Assembly: GCF_963921235.1 (NCBI RefSeq)
Contig: NC_086109.1
Location: forward strand, 31,498,001 to 31,562,000
Length of the DNA: 64,000 nucleotides
Direction of reading: 5' to 3'
DNA from: Mobula hypostoma
Lineage: Eukaryota
Shown here: positions 51,545-64,000 of the stretch, piece by piece
How positions within the stretch are numbered: position 1 is the first letter of the stretch
Layout: each line of letters opens with the position of its first letter
Translations under genes and position numbers: made by a program
Notes under the pieces: model-generated
The model's database searches: none
What the model saw: only the letters and a program-made list of their open reading frames with translations
Told to the model about the DNA's origin: nothing

Positions 51545-52040
51545 TTGACCTGTCTATCCTCAGCCTCCTCCACCGCAAGGATGAGGCCAAGCACAAGCTG
51601 AAAGATAATATCTCATATTCTATCCCTGTAGCCTGGACATTGACTTCTCCAATTTCAGTTAACCTGCTTCATTCTGTCCTTCTCACTCCTTCTCCCTTCT
51701 GATCTACCCAGTTCCTCTCAGACACCCGCCTACCCCTCTCTCAGACTCTTTCTCCTGCTCCACTTGCTTTACTTGTACATCACCCACACAGTCCTCGCAC
51801 TGAGACCTTCCCCCATTCTGCCTATCTGTCTATCATGCCTCCCTTGTATGGTTCTATAGGATCCATCTTTCTCCTGCCAGATCTTGCTTCACCTTTCCCC
51901 TTCACCTCTTTATACTGGCTGACTCTCTGCCTCTTTTTCATTCCCAATAAAGAGTTTCAATCCAAAACATTATCTACTTCCTGCCCAGATACTGCTGGAA
52001 TAACTGTTAGCTTGCAGCATTTGATATTGAGTGTTGTGTA
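51545..52040 (+). mobile_element. Decayed PLE 3' fragment
   Basis: GIY-YIG-end-like sequence, pyrimidine tract, degenerate terminal repeat. Confidence 0.5.
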
Positions 52041-52316
52041 ACTTGACAAGACCACGCTACCTCTAGAATTGCATAGGTGGACACTGTGGACACTTCGTAA
52101 CGTGGGTGTGGGGCTTCCTTATTACCAAAAACTGTGATGAACTAATAAGTGTCAGGTACGAATTCGCCAGACACAAGAGACTGCAGATGCTGGAGGTAAG
52201 AATAGGATCCATTAGGGGGAGGTGGAAATAAGGTGTTGGGGGAGGTGCACTCTATGTGCGAAGAATGGGGTTGGAACCTGGAGTGGGAAGGGGATGAAGA
52301 TAGGTAAGGGAGGGCT

Positions 52317-54328
52317 TGTCATGGTCCAGTCCGTGAAGTCCATATTCCGGTTCACGGTCCGGTCCATCGACCCTTGCTCCAGGTTTTCCTGTCTACCCTG
52401 TTTGTGTTCTTGTTGAGCTCTAATTAAGGCAGCTGATGTTCGTTGGGGCTGGCTGTATAAATACCTTCAGAGACCAGGGAGTGGCTGCTGGAAAGAATGT
52501 GGAGTGTTTGATCTGAGGATAAGTCCTTCAGTAGTTTATCTGGTTGTAGCTCCATGGAAGCTTGTATGGCCTGATGTAGACTGGCATTTGTTAGAGGTAA
52601 AAAGGAAAGAAAGATATAAAACAGATTTGGTAAATGCATTTAACTGTCATGTGATGGAAAAGTATAGTGATTATACTCATGTTTATACGGATGGTGTGAA
52701 GGAACCTGAAACAGGAGTGACAGGGTTTGGGGTGGTAATACCAGCAAAAGAAATTGGAATCAGCAGAAGAACATCTAATAAGTTAGGGGTGTTTACAGTG
52801 GAGATGCTGGCAGTGTTGGTTGCGTTGCAATGGGTGCAGAAAACCAGACAAGCCAAAGCATTGATATGTTCAGATTCATCCTCAGTTCTAGCAAGTTTAA
52901 GGTCTTTTCACACAAACAGTTTGCAAGGTGTACTTTATGAAGTCCTTCAGTTAGTTACAAGAATTGCAAATCAGGGAGGTCAGGTAAAATTTCTATGGGT
53001 TCCTGCACATGTAGGGGTGAAGGGGAATGAGAGGGTGGATGAATTGGCAAAGAGGGTGTTAAAGAAAGAAAATGTGGAAATGCACATTAGTATCAGTAAA
53101 GCAGAGGTTAAGTGTGTAATCTGGGAAAAAGTCAACCGAATGTGGCAAGAAAGATGGGACAGGGAGGGGAAAGGGAGGCATTTATATCAAATACAAAAGA
53201 GTGTTGCAGTTACTAGGGTAGGTAATGGAAACAGAAGAGAGGAAATTGTGTGGACTAGGTTAAGGCTGGGGCATTGTACATTAAATAAAACATTGAAAAT
53301 GATAGGGAAACACCAGACAGGATTGTGTGAGGAATGTCTGGAAGAGGAGTCAGTAGAATATGTAGTTCTGAGTTGCAGGAAGTATGGGATACAGAGAGAT
53401 GATGAGAAATAAATTAAGGGAGATGCACCATTAAGTGGGATGCCAACTGCCGTAAAACAAGATACAGACAGACAGAGGAGTGGCTGCTGGATTGTTCTTG
53501 TCCTTAATCCTTGTATCCCTTCCTCTGTCTTCTGTTTCCTCACCTGAAGCCCTGCCTTGTCTTGCCGGTAACTCTCTCCTCACCTGAAGTTCTCGTCTAG
53601 CCTTGCTTTGCCAGAAATCTTGTCTTGTCTTGCTGGTAACTCTCACCTCGTCTCGCCTGCAGATTTGTCCTGGGGCCACCCTGTACCAGCTCTCTTCCTG
53701 TCCCTTGCCTCCGCCCAGGGAAGCCAGGCCGTCTTGCCGTTACCTGTGGTTGGCTCTGTCCCTTCCTGTCCCTTGCCTCCGTCCGGTAAGCCAGGCCGTC
53801 TTGCCATTACCTACAGTTGATTCTGTCCCTTCCTGTCCCATGCCTCCGTTGGGTGGTGATCCGTGCCCTGCCTAGGTGAACCGCGCCCTGCCCTGGAGGA
53901 GCCTGCCTAGCCTCAAGCCTGAAGACTCCAGCCTCCTGCCAAGTCTTGCCTCAAGTCTCTAGCCTCTATCTTCAAGCCTGAAGACTCCAGTCTCCTGCCT
54001 TCTGCCAGACCTCGCCTCAAGGCTCCTGCCTCCTGCCAAGTCTCGCCTCAAGTCTCTAAGACTCCAGCCTCATCCTGCTTGCTAGCCAAGCCTTGTCCTT
54101 TCCTAGTTCTGAGGTCTGAGCCAGAGGCAAGACCCAGACACTGGGTCCTTGTCCAGTCTCTGGCTCGGAGTCCAAGACCGGGCTCCTAGCTTTCTTGTCC
54201 AGTCCTGTTCCAGGTTCCCGGTTTTCGTGCCCATGTCCTAGCCCTCACCCTGTACCCTAGTCCTGTTCCTAGTACTTCAGTGTCTGTGTCTTGCACTTGG
54301 GTCCATCCCTAGCCACCTCCTTAGGACA
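52317..54328 (+). mobile_element. Solo LTR (~1.0 kb excluding the nested LINE) with internal tandem repeats
   Basis: TGTC...GACA ends; 5-bp TSD GGGCT (52312-52316/54329-54333); TATAAATA at ~52456; repeat arrays 53535-54290. Confidence 0.8.
52493..53476 (+). mobile_element. 5'-truncated I-group (Nimb-like) LINE: RNase H + zinc-knuckle region
   Basis: ORF 52504-53412 VYTDG..VEMLAV..ICSDSSS..WVPAHVGVKGNERVDELAK..TRLRLGH..CEEC; (CAGA)n tail; perfect 15-bp TSD GGAGTGGCTGCTGGA (52478/53477). Confidence 0.88.
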
Positions 54329-56308
54329 GGGCTGGGGTATGTGTGGGAAATGGAACAAAAATGGGAGATCCAGTAGATCAGAAAAAAAGAGGGGTGAGCA
54401 GGGAAATGGGGGTGAGAGGAGAAAAAGGGGGTTTATTAAAATGGAAAACTCAATATTCATGCCATTGGGTTGTAGTTTACTCAGGCAGGATACAAGGAGT
54501 TGGCCTTACAGTTTAGGTTGGGCTTCAACCTAGCCTGGGAAAAGGCCAAGGATGGACAGGTCAGTGTGGGAACAGGAAGAGGAGTTAAAATGGTCTACAG
54601 CTGAGAGGTTGGGATGGCCATTACGGAGGAAAGCATAGGTGTTCTGTGAAATGATTGCCAGTCTGGCAGCTGTTGAGGGAGCCACATCGGGAGCACGGAA
54701 TGCAGCAGATGGGGTTCCCATTCTTACCTCCATTATTTATCATTGTAAATGCTACATGTTCCTGCTTATCACCCTCCATCAGCTGTCACATCTTCACACA
54801 CCCTTCCCCCCCCCCACCCCCCACCTTGCTGCATCTACAGGATTTACTATTTCCCTTTTTCTCTCTGTTTTTGCCAGCCTCCATCTGTCACCTGTCGCTG
54901 TCTTTGGACTCCACCCACACTCACATCCGCTCCCCACCTGGCACTGCCCTCCTCTGTCCACCAATCACGTCGGAATTTTTTTCTTTCCACTCCCCTTCTC
55001 TTTATTTGGGCCATCTCACCTTTCTTGGATCCAAGGTATGAACAATTTCTTTCCTCCCACAGTTGCTGCTGTGCTCCTCTACAGATTGTCTTCTGCTCCA
55101 CGAATCCTGGTGGTTGTTTTCACATGCAGGTGAACTTATCGAACTACTGGCACTACGTCTACGTCCTCAAGGTTTGACTCCTGTCACTGACCTTGACCGG
55201 GATTTCGGCTGCCCTTGGCTCCAGCTGGCCACTGTCAGATAGAACACATCTGTTAATGACCTATTGCATCACTACCTCCAGGCTCAGTGCCAACACTCTC
55301 CGGGGCCTCCAGTGCCTATCAGAAAACTGTGGGTGCCATTCCCTCCCACCGGGTACTATTTTCTGGAGCTGAACACCTACTGCAATGAAATCCACCACCT
55401 TCTCCAATCACAACGTACTCAGCCTCATGAGCTGCATGTTGACTTTGACTGGTATTGGCTGGCTTTAATTCTCGATCGCTGATCACGTTATTAATGCCTG
55501 TGGAGTCCGGCAGCCTTTCAGCAGCCAAGCACATTTCCGATAAATTAACAGGCAGCTCAGCGATGCGATGTGTCATCAATTTGCAACATTCAATTACACA
55601 TTTTCATCCTCACAACCATTTTTGGGAACGGTCCAGTGGTGCTTTTCCCTTCCCTGGGTGTGCAGCCACTATTGTGAAGGAGCGAATGCTTTTTAAGTTA
55701 ATGTGCATTGGTTACAGGGATCCCATGATGCACAGTTTGATTCCCTTGTGGAACAGCAAGGTTTGCTTTCATCAACAAGTACAGAGAAAATACTGTGCAT
55801 AATTAAATATAACAAGTCTGTATATTAAAGCACGGAAACGGACTACTTGTCAGTACAAAAAACTACAACATAAATTATACCCAGCAAAACATGTAACTAG
55901 GTCAATTAGTAAATTTTCCTTCCACATACAGCCTAACAAAATTTAAGTCAATTGATCAACTGAAATCAAATGTTCTTCTTCTTCTTTGGTAACATATTCA
56001 CCTATTAAGGGGCAGATCAGGGCAACGCATCATTATATATGGAATATGCATGGCTACCAAGTTCAGAAGAGTACACAATTCAAAGCTCAATTAAAGAAAT
56101 GTGACTAAGAGGTTTTGCTGCAAGGTATTCGTCAAATTCTGCCTTGATGACTAACACAATTCGCTTTCTGCATATACTATTTTCAGAAATTCGTTCCCTA
56201 GGCAGTCGGAAATAAAACTCCCAGCGTAGAACACAGTAAAGCAGATCCCTCCCAGATGGCAGTATTTCTGCTGCGAGTCCTTTTCAATGGAAGTCTACCA
56301 CTGGATAA

Positions 56309-57540
56309 TCAAAGTAAATTTATCATCAAAGTATGTATATATCACCATAAACTACCATGAGATTCATTTTCTTGCAGGCATTCACAGTAGAAAAAGAAAT
56401 ACAATAGAATCAATTAAAAAAAATACACAAATCAATAAGCTCCATGACTTTGGCCTCAACACCTCCTTATGCAATTGGATCCTGGATTTCCTCACTTGTA
56501 GACCCCAGTCGAATCGGATTGGCAAAAACATCTCCATGATTTCCATTAGCACAGGAGCACCACAGGTTGTGTGCTTAGCTCCCTGCTCTACTCACTTTGC
56601 ACCTATGATTGTGTGGCTAAGCACAGTTCCAACACCATATTCAAGTTTGCTTATGACACCAGTGTTGTGGGCCGTATCAAAGGTGGTGATAAATCAGCTT
56701 ACAGGAGGGAGAGTGAAAATTTGACTGAGTGGTGTAATGACAACAACCTCTCACCCATTGTCAACAAGACCAATGAACTGATTATAGACTTCAGGAGAAG
56801 GAAACAAGAAGTCCTCATCGGAGGATTAGGGGTAAAGAGGGTTAGTAACTTTAAATTCTTGAGTGTTCCTGTTTCAGAGGAATAAAGGAAATGGATTCAG
56901 CCCAGCACATCACAGGTAAAGCCCTCCCAACTATTGACGCATCCACATGAAATGCTGTCATAGGAAAACAGCATCTACCATCAGAGATCCTCACCGCTCA
57001 GGCCATGCTCATTTCTTGCTGCTGTCATCAGGCAGAACGTACAAGTGGTTCAGGACTCGCACCACCGGGTTCAAGAGCAGTTACTACCCCTCAACCATCA
57101 GGCTCTTGAACAAAAGGAGAAAACTACACTCACTTGCCCATCCATTGAGATGTTCCCACAACCAATGATCTCACTTTAAGGACTCTTTATCTTGTTATTT
57201 CATCTTCTCATTATTTATTGCTATTTATTTATATTTGCATTTGCACAGTTTGTTGTCTTCTGCACTCTATTTGATCTTTCATTGATCCTGTTATAATTAG
57301 TATTCTATAGATTTGCTGAGTATGCCCACGGGAAAGTGAATCTCCGGGTTGTATGTGATGACATAGATGTACTCTGATAATAAAATTTACTTTGATCATT
57401 GAACAAACAAAGCCTGACAAACAACCAATATGAAAAAGAAAACAAACTGTGCAAATACAAAATCTAATAATAAATATATAAATAATATTGAGTTTGAGTT
57501 GTCATGTTCTTAAAAGTGATTCCAAAGGTTATGACTTAGC
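56309..57540. mobile_element. Plus-strand Rex1 RT/3' fragment (~56431-57402) inserted into a minus-strand tail of the same family
   Basis: [26 protein letters not shown]; host tail resumes at ~57403. Confidence 0.8.
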
Positions 57541-59069
57541 TGCATGTTGTATCTTCATTAGCAGGGCCAGGCCTTGCCACTAGCTCATCAGCACTGAGAT
57601 AAAGAGAATGAAAGAGGGGAATAATAAAAGAGATGCAACACTTTCTGACAAGTAACTAATTGGAATGTGATACCTAAAAACACAAGCCAAATTATCCATT
57701 CACCAACAGTCCCCTTCTCATATTTTCTCCATCAGAATGCAGAAATCAAAAACCAACAATTCTATGCACTGCCCAGAGCCCTGTTGCCTTGGTGCATTAA
57801 TGCACCAGGTATCTAATTACCCACAGCCATCACTTCTCTTCTGTAGAGTGTCCACTGAATTTCACAGTCTGTTTCATGTCTGTAGCCTCTTCCACAGGCA
57901 TACTTGTGGCTATCCTTTGTTGGCCTTTGTCTTGTCTCAGGCACCTTTTACCAGATTTATTGGGACATCTACATGATGTTTTTAATATTTCTATAAGATA
58001 TCGATGTTATCTATTGAGCTGTGTAAAAGCAAAAATGACTCATTCTACATTCACTATGTTCTTGCTGTTGGTCAATTCCAGGGTCAGGTTATCTAATATC
58101 AAGAAGGAAAATGTTGTAAGAGGAAAGTTATAGAGATGGCAACATGGTGTACAGTACGTGCTTACATGCAAGTCAGAACTTGAGGAGATTAGGTATTAAG
58201 GCATCACCATCTTCGACAGAGTCAGTTCTGCCTTTGGACAAATCAGCAACAATCCCCACACTATTAAAGGCTGTTGTCATTTTCTCTTCCTCTCAGAGAT
58301 AAAAGTTTGTCTTTACCCCAATAAGTAGCCTCTCCAGCCCACATCTGAACTCCGCCTGATCCTGCAAGAGAAAAACAATTGTATAAAATTGTTTGGTGAT
58401 GTGGCTATCATTGTTAACTAGGCAGTACATTGCGAAATTTATGAGATGTGGTTGTGAGGCTTAATGTGGCTTGAACATAAATGAAATATATGTTACTTTA
58501 AATCCAGATAGATTGAATTAATTTGTAGTTGAGTAATGGCAGCATTGTAAACTGGGAAGTGGCAAAGCCCAGTAGTGCATTTGCTAACATATAGGAATTG
58601 AAAATTCATTCACTGATCTTAATTAATTATGTGCGTTCATTGAACTTTTTGTGGCACTACATCTAGGTTATTTACTCCCTGCATTGATCATACGTGGCCA
58701 ACTGCTCTGGCCGGCTTTTCAGCAAGTGTCTGGAGCTGCTCAAGTCTCCTTGCAATCCAGGACATCTGTTTCTTACTTTTGCTTTTGGCTTTCCAATGCA
58801 ATATTCAAAATTACTGGAAGTGGCTCTTCCCCATCCTGTGCTATTTGTTACTGTTCTGGTCACGTTTCCTTCCTGCACATCCAGCAGTTCAATACTCTTC
58901 ACTTTTAAAGGGTACTAACCAGCTTTAAGAAATGTGAACTATGGCACAAAATTATGATATTGCGTCAGCCTAGAAGGTGAAGCTGCTCAGTAACAGAATA
59001 CAAAAATCATTGTAATGAGCATGCAGCATATTGGAGCCGTTCTGATTGTTATCTGAGAAACACATAATG

Positions 59070-61700
59070 TTGCTCTAACCAAACAGGAGACATTCAAGAG
59101 ATTCTCATTAGGGACTGGCACTCAACTAGAAGAAATAAGACCATTTGATCCTTGCATCTGCTCCAGTGTTTAATAAAATAGTAGCTGACCTCATACCTGA
59201 GTGCCTCTCTCCTGGATCTAAAACCCCATAATTGCCTTAATATCCACAAAATTATTGATTTCTCCAAAGCAGTCATGTCCTTCTGATAGGGTGGTGACTA
59301 GAACTGCTTACAGTACTGCACCCATTGTACCCCGGCCTTCCTGCTCTTACAATTTCTCTGGCTCGTAAAGGCAAGCATCTCCTGCCTTATTTATGATCAG
59401 AGTTCCCTGCACTGCCAGCTTTGAAGTCCTTGTTCCCTAATATTCCCATAGCTCTACCATTCATTGTCTCTGTTCCACCCTTAATATCCCTCCCAAAGAG
59501 TATACTCTACATCATAATTATCAAGATTTGTTCCATCTATCAATCTGAATAACAGATTAATCTTGCCCTCTCTAGTCAACACCTACCTTCCTCACTAATT
59601 TTCATATCATCTGCAAACATGCAAATCTTAACTCTTCATGTCCAAATAGTTAACACACATAACAAACATTAATGGTCTCAGCACAGGTGCTTGTAATACA
59701 CTACTGTTTACAGCTTCTAATCACGAAAACTATCTTTTACCATTACAGTCTATCTCCAGGTATCATGACAATTCTGGATCCAATGTCAAAGGTTGGCTGA
59801 AATCCACACATACTACACAAAACACACTGCCCTTACCAATATATTATGCTTTTCTACAGCAAACAAAATCACATTGAATATCTTTTATTAATTCCTACTT
59901 CTCTAAATGATTATTAACTCCATCTCTCAGAGCATTTTGCCCAATAATTTCCCTCTTGCATACATACAGGTCTGTAATAACCTGGCTTATCTCTGCTGCT
60001 CTTTTTGAATAAAAGAGCTGCTTTTGCTAACCTTCAGTTATCATCATCTGATACTCAGCTGTGACCAGCAAAGATTCAGAAAACTCTCTCAAGGTCTCAG
60101 CTATCACCTCCTTTGCCTCCCATAACAGTTTGCAATACCTCATCTGACCATACAACTTTTAACCTGCTGAGGTATCTGATACCTCTTCTTTTTAATGAGT
60201 ACATATTCTAGAATTTCAAACATCACCCCCCCCCCCACCTGAATTGGGTTCCTACAGTACTCTTCTATTTATTGAAGAGTGGTGAGAAGAATTTAGTTAA
60301 AGCCTCGCCTATGTTCCCTGGCTCCATGCAAAAATTGACATTTTCATCCCAAGTGGGTTCTATTGATTGGGTACCTCTTGCCCATAAATGGACATAAAAT
60401 GCTTTGGAGTTTTATTTAACCTTGGGCTCCTCTTTGCCCTCTTAGTTTATTGCTTACTTTCTGTGCTGGTGAGGTGTGTTCTCCAAGTTCAGTGCCCGGT
60501 ATCTACCACGAGTCGCCATTTATTTCTTTCATTTCACAATATCCTTTGACATCCAGGATTCCTTGGGCTTGCTATCTGTCCCTTTCATCCAATGGAAAAA
60601 TGCTGGCCTTCAGTTCCCATTACTGTCTTTTCACTCCTGAATGTCTTCGACTTGTCCTGACACCGTATGCAGTGATGGCCCAAGTGGAACGGGGGAGACA
60701 CTGAGTCCATTGAACCATCCACTGAATTTTAATAAGAACAGTCCAGAACAAAAGAAAAATAATAAACCCTCAGACAACAGGGCAATGAATTAAAACTCTC
60801 AAACAAATAGCTAATACTGACACTGTGGCACAGAAGCAGTGCAAAGTTCAACTTAAGACTTAATTAATTCCACTACTTTATTGTGTCAATCTAAACTGTA
60901 ACTATCCCTCTATTATCTATTATATCTATTGTCAGATATTGTTGTGGTGTTGGAGGTTGCGTTCAAGAACACAATGAAATGCTATGCTGCCGCCACAATT
61001 TGTTCCGTCACGCCATGACAGTGGTTTTAAAAATAGCCGGTTACCCCACACACACTACGCCGGATATTAGGCGTTTTCAGATTTATTCACTCTGGAGAGC
61101 GTTTCTGAAAATCTCTGTTTTCAGGGGAGGAAAACATCATCTCAGTGTGGACGGATGGTCAAAACGAAGAGAAAAAGCTGTGGTTGTGGACTTATCTGGT
61201 CTAGTGTGGACGTAGCCTCAGACAGAATAAGGTAAACTGGGAGCATCGTCGCCACTGTGCTTTGGTCAAGCCTCAACGAGTTTGAAATGAGTGGAAGGGA
61301 TTTAAATGCAACCACAAATAAACTCTACTTGGCTGGAATGCGCATTCTCATGAGTGTAATCACTAAATGTAATCCCTTTCAGCTGTCTGCCTGTGAGGCT
61401 GCCCAGACTCCACAGCAGAGTCTGTGGTTGTGACAGTCCAATGTGGACATACCTGCAAGTAGTTATTCCCAATTCTCTTCTCCTTTCTCCTGCCTGATGA
61501 TAATGAAATCAGCTCTCCTTTAGTTCAAGAACTTAATTTCAGGCACACTCATATTCTTCCTATAACTGCTGTGAAGCTTATGATGACCATCTCATAAATG
61601 CTTTCCCACTGATACTTCAGGCAGATTAGACTCGGTACTCCTCCTTCTCGACGAGAATGTTTAGATCAATATTACATGTCCATTCAGCACCAGTTGACAT
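59070..61700 (-). mobile_element. Old, highly decayed CR1 LINE
   Basis: Residual catatcatctgcaaac (FADD on minus) and CR1-like body; interrupted at 60658. Confidence 0.6.
60658..61435 (-). mobile_element. Solo Gypsy-like LTR containing a Harbinger-like MITE end (~60880-61218)
   Basis: TG..CA ends, 4-bp TSD GTCC (60654-60657/61436-61439); ctagtgtggacgtagcct TIR-like end at ~61201-61218. Confidence 0.65.
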
Positions 61701-62127
61701 TATTGTTGCTGCTTCCCTGCACTCAGTGCACGATGCTTAATGAGAGTAGTCATGACTTCAAAGGAGTCAACTTTTGGAAGTAGAGTACAACATGAGTTTT
61801 GCACATGTGACTCTCTACTCCTGCGTAAATACTTAGCACTCTCCTATCGTGGCTTAAAGTTTAATCATCAAAATTCACTTTAAGTTGGTTATAGACAGGT
61901 GATGCATCTGATTTTTTTCGAAATTCAAAGTAAATTTATTATCAAGTACATATATGTCACCATATACAACCCTGTGATTTGTTTTCTTGTGGGCATACAC
62001 AGTAAATCCAAGAAACTGAGTAGAATCAATAAAAACCACACCAAATATGACGAGCAAACTACCAATGCGTAAAAGACAACAAACTTACAAATACAGAAGT
62101 AAAATCATAATAATGTAACCAGGTGAC

Positions 62128-62246
62128 AGTCCTGAAGCGGGAAACGTCGACTCATCGTTTCCATGGATGCTACCCGACCTGCTGATTTCCTCCAGTATGG
62201 TGTGAGTGTTGCTTTGATCCCAGCATCTGCAGATTATTTTGTGTTG
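62128..62246 (+). mobile_element. PLE terminal repeat with stem-II-deleted hammerhead
   Basis: AGUC-CUGAAGCGG-GAAACGUC-GACU; flanking tgacagt direct repeats. Confidence 0.65.
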
Positions 62247-62604
62247 ATGACAGTTAAATATTATTTTTTATGGTTACAGTGCACTTATGTGTTCACCCTG
62301 GTAATGCTAAAATAGCTGCCTGTGCCTTTAAGAGAAAACAGTGATGTTATTATGCATGTGTGGAGTAGAATGAAGAGTTACGTTGTTAAAGGAAGAACAT
62401 TAAAAATAGGAATACTGGTCTCAGAGTGAGGAAAGGTGAACAATATTTGATAATATCCTTGTAAATTCCATTATACGTTTGTAAATCTAGAATATTGGTA
62501 ATCTGACATGTTTTACATGTGGATGCTTTAGATTTTCGCGAGTCGGCATTGGATAGCGTGGTTGTACGAAGTTTCTTATTGGCCTAGTAGGTTAGTCTTT
62601 CTCG

Positions 62605-63932
62605 TGAAGAGCGATTGGTTATGGCACACATCAACCACAGCCTACCGGTCACCTTCGATGCTTTGCAATTTGCCTACCGGAGCAACAGGTCAACGGCAGA
62701 TGCCATCTCTCTGGCCCTATGTTCCTCCTTAGAACACCTGGAGAATAAAGACGCATACGTAAGGCTCCTTTTCATTGACTACAGCTCTGTCTTTAATACC
62801 ATCATTCCAAATAAACTGATTCCTAAGCTCCGGAACCTGGGCCTTAGCACTCAGATCTGCAGCTGGATCTTCAACTTCCTCACAGACAAGACCCAGGCTG
62901 TAAAAATAGGGGACAAGCTCTCCTCTACAATCACTCTGAGCACCGATGCCCCACAAGGCTGTGTACTCAGCCCCCTGCTGTACTCACTGTACACCCATGA
63001 TTGTGTAGCCAAGTTTCCATCAAACTCAATATATAAGTTTGCTGATGACACAACAATTGTAGGCCGTATCTTGAGTAATAATGAGTTTGAGTACAGAGAG
63101 GAAATTAAGAACATGGTGACATGGTGTGAAGACAATAACCTATCCCTCAATGTCAGCAAGAGGAAGGACTTCAGAAGGAGTAGCGGACCGCACGACCCAA
63201 TTTACATCGGTGGTGCGCAAGTGGAACAGGTCAAAAGCTTTAAATTCCTTGGGGTCAATATCACAAATGACCTGAGTTGGTCGAACCAAGCAGAGTCCAC
63301 TGCCAAGAAGGCCCACCAACGCCTTTACTTCCTGAGAAAACTAAAGAAATTTGGCCTGTCCCCTAAAACCCTCACTATTTTTTATAGATGCACCGTAGAA
63401 ATCATTCGTCTAAGGTGCATCACAACCTGGTATGGACGTTGTCCTGTCCAAGACCGGAAGAAACTACAGAAGATCATGAACACGGCGCAGCACATCACAC
63501 AAACCAATCTTCCATCATTGGACTCACTTTACACTGCACGCTGTCGGAGCAGTGCTGCCAGGATAATCAAGGACACGACCCACCCAGCCATCACACTTTT
63601 CATCCCTCTTCCCTCCAGGAGAAGGCTTAGGAGCTTGAAGACTCATATGGCCAGATTTGGAAACAGCTTCTTTCCAACTGTGATAAGACAGCTGAACGGA
63701 TCCTGACCAGGATCTGGGCCGTACCCTCCAAATATCCGGACCTGCCTCTCGGTTTTTTTGCACTACCTTACTTTCCATTTTTCTATTTTCTATTTGTGAT
63801 TTATAATTTAAATTTTTAATATTTACTATTGATTTGTAATCCAGGGAGCGGGAAGCGCAGAATCAAATATCGCTGTGATGATTGTACGTTCTAGTATCAA
63901 TTCATTGGCGACAATAAAGTATAAAGTATAAT
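62605..63932 (+). mobile_element. Young 5'-truncated Rex1/Babar LINE with open RT ORF (62615-63706, 363 aa)
   Basis: [53 protein letters not shown]; aataaagtataaagtat tail. Confidence 0.92.
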
Positions 63933-64000
63933 TTAACTACAAGGTAATATATTGTAAGAGTTGATTTTTGTTTTTCTTTATTGTTTCATGACCAAATGTG

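Larger units (their letters stand above)
52168..55110 (-). mobile_element. PLE fragment (GIY-YIG remnant ~54430-54720, inverted piece ~54730-55110) hosting an LTR
   Basis: acacaagagactgcagatgctgg end; SAVDHFNSSSCSHTDLSILGL, MNIEFS. Confidence 0.65.

Noticed and set aside
53535..54290. CRISPR-like array
   Set aside because: Eukaryotic LTR tandem repeats with no unique spacers and no cas genes.
62615..63706. 363-aa RT ORF as a domesticated gene
   Set aside because: 5'-truncated LINE with its tail intact; recent insertion explains the open frame.

Overview
AT-rich vertebrate genomic DNA, probably a cartilaginous fish such as a ray or shark (inferred only from the repeat content). It is intronic or intergenic, and I found no credible host exon. 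Much of the window is nested retroelement debris: CR1 LINEs, Rex1/Babar LINEs and their tails, a near-full-length RTE/BovB-like LINE, an RNase H-bearing I/Nimb-type LINE fragment, Penelope-like elements (PLEs), tRNA-headed SINEs, solo LTRs with clean target-site duplications (TSDs), and hAT MITEs. TE-poor islands between them look like conserved non-coding elements. Three signals stand out. (1) A 565-bp non-coding RTE-derived element (28292-28856, minus) folds at its 5' end into a complete HDV-like self-cleaving ribozyme with an extra hairpin in L3. (2) PLE terminal repeats carry minimal hammerhead ribozymes, often as TSD-flanked fold-back elements. (3) One such fold-back insertion has telomeric TTAGGG repeats exactly at its inversion junction (24596-24609). 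Family names come from my recognition of motifs, not from database searches.
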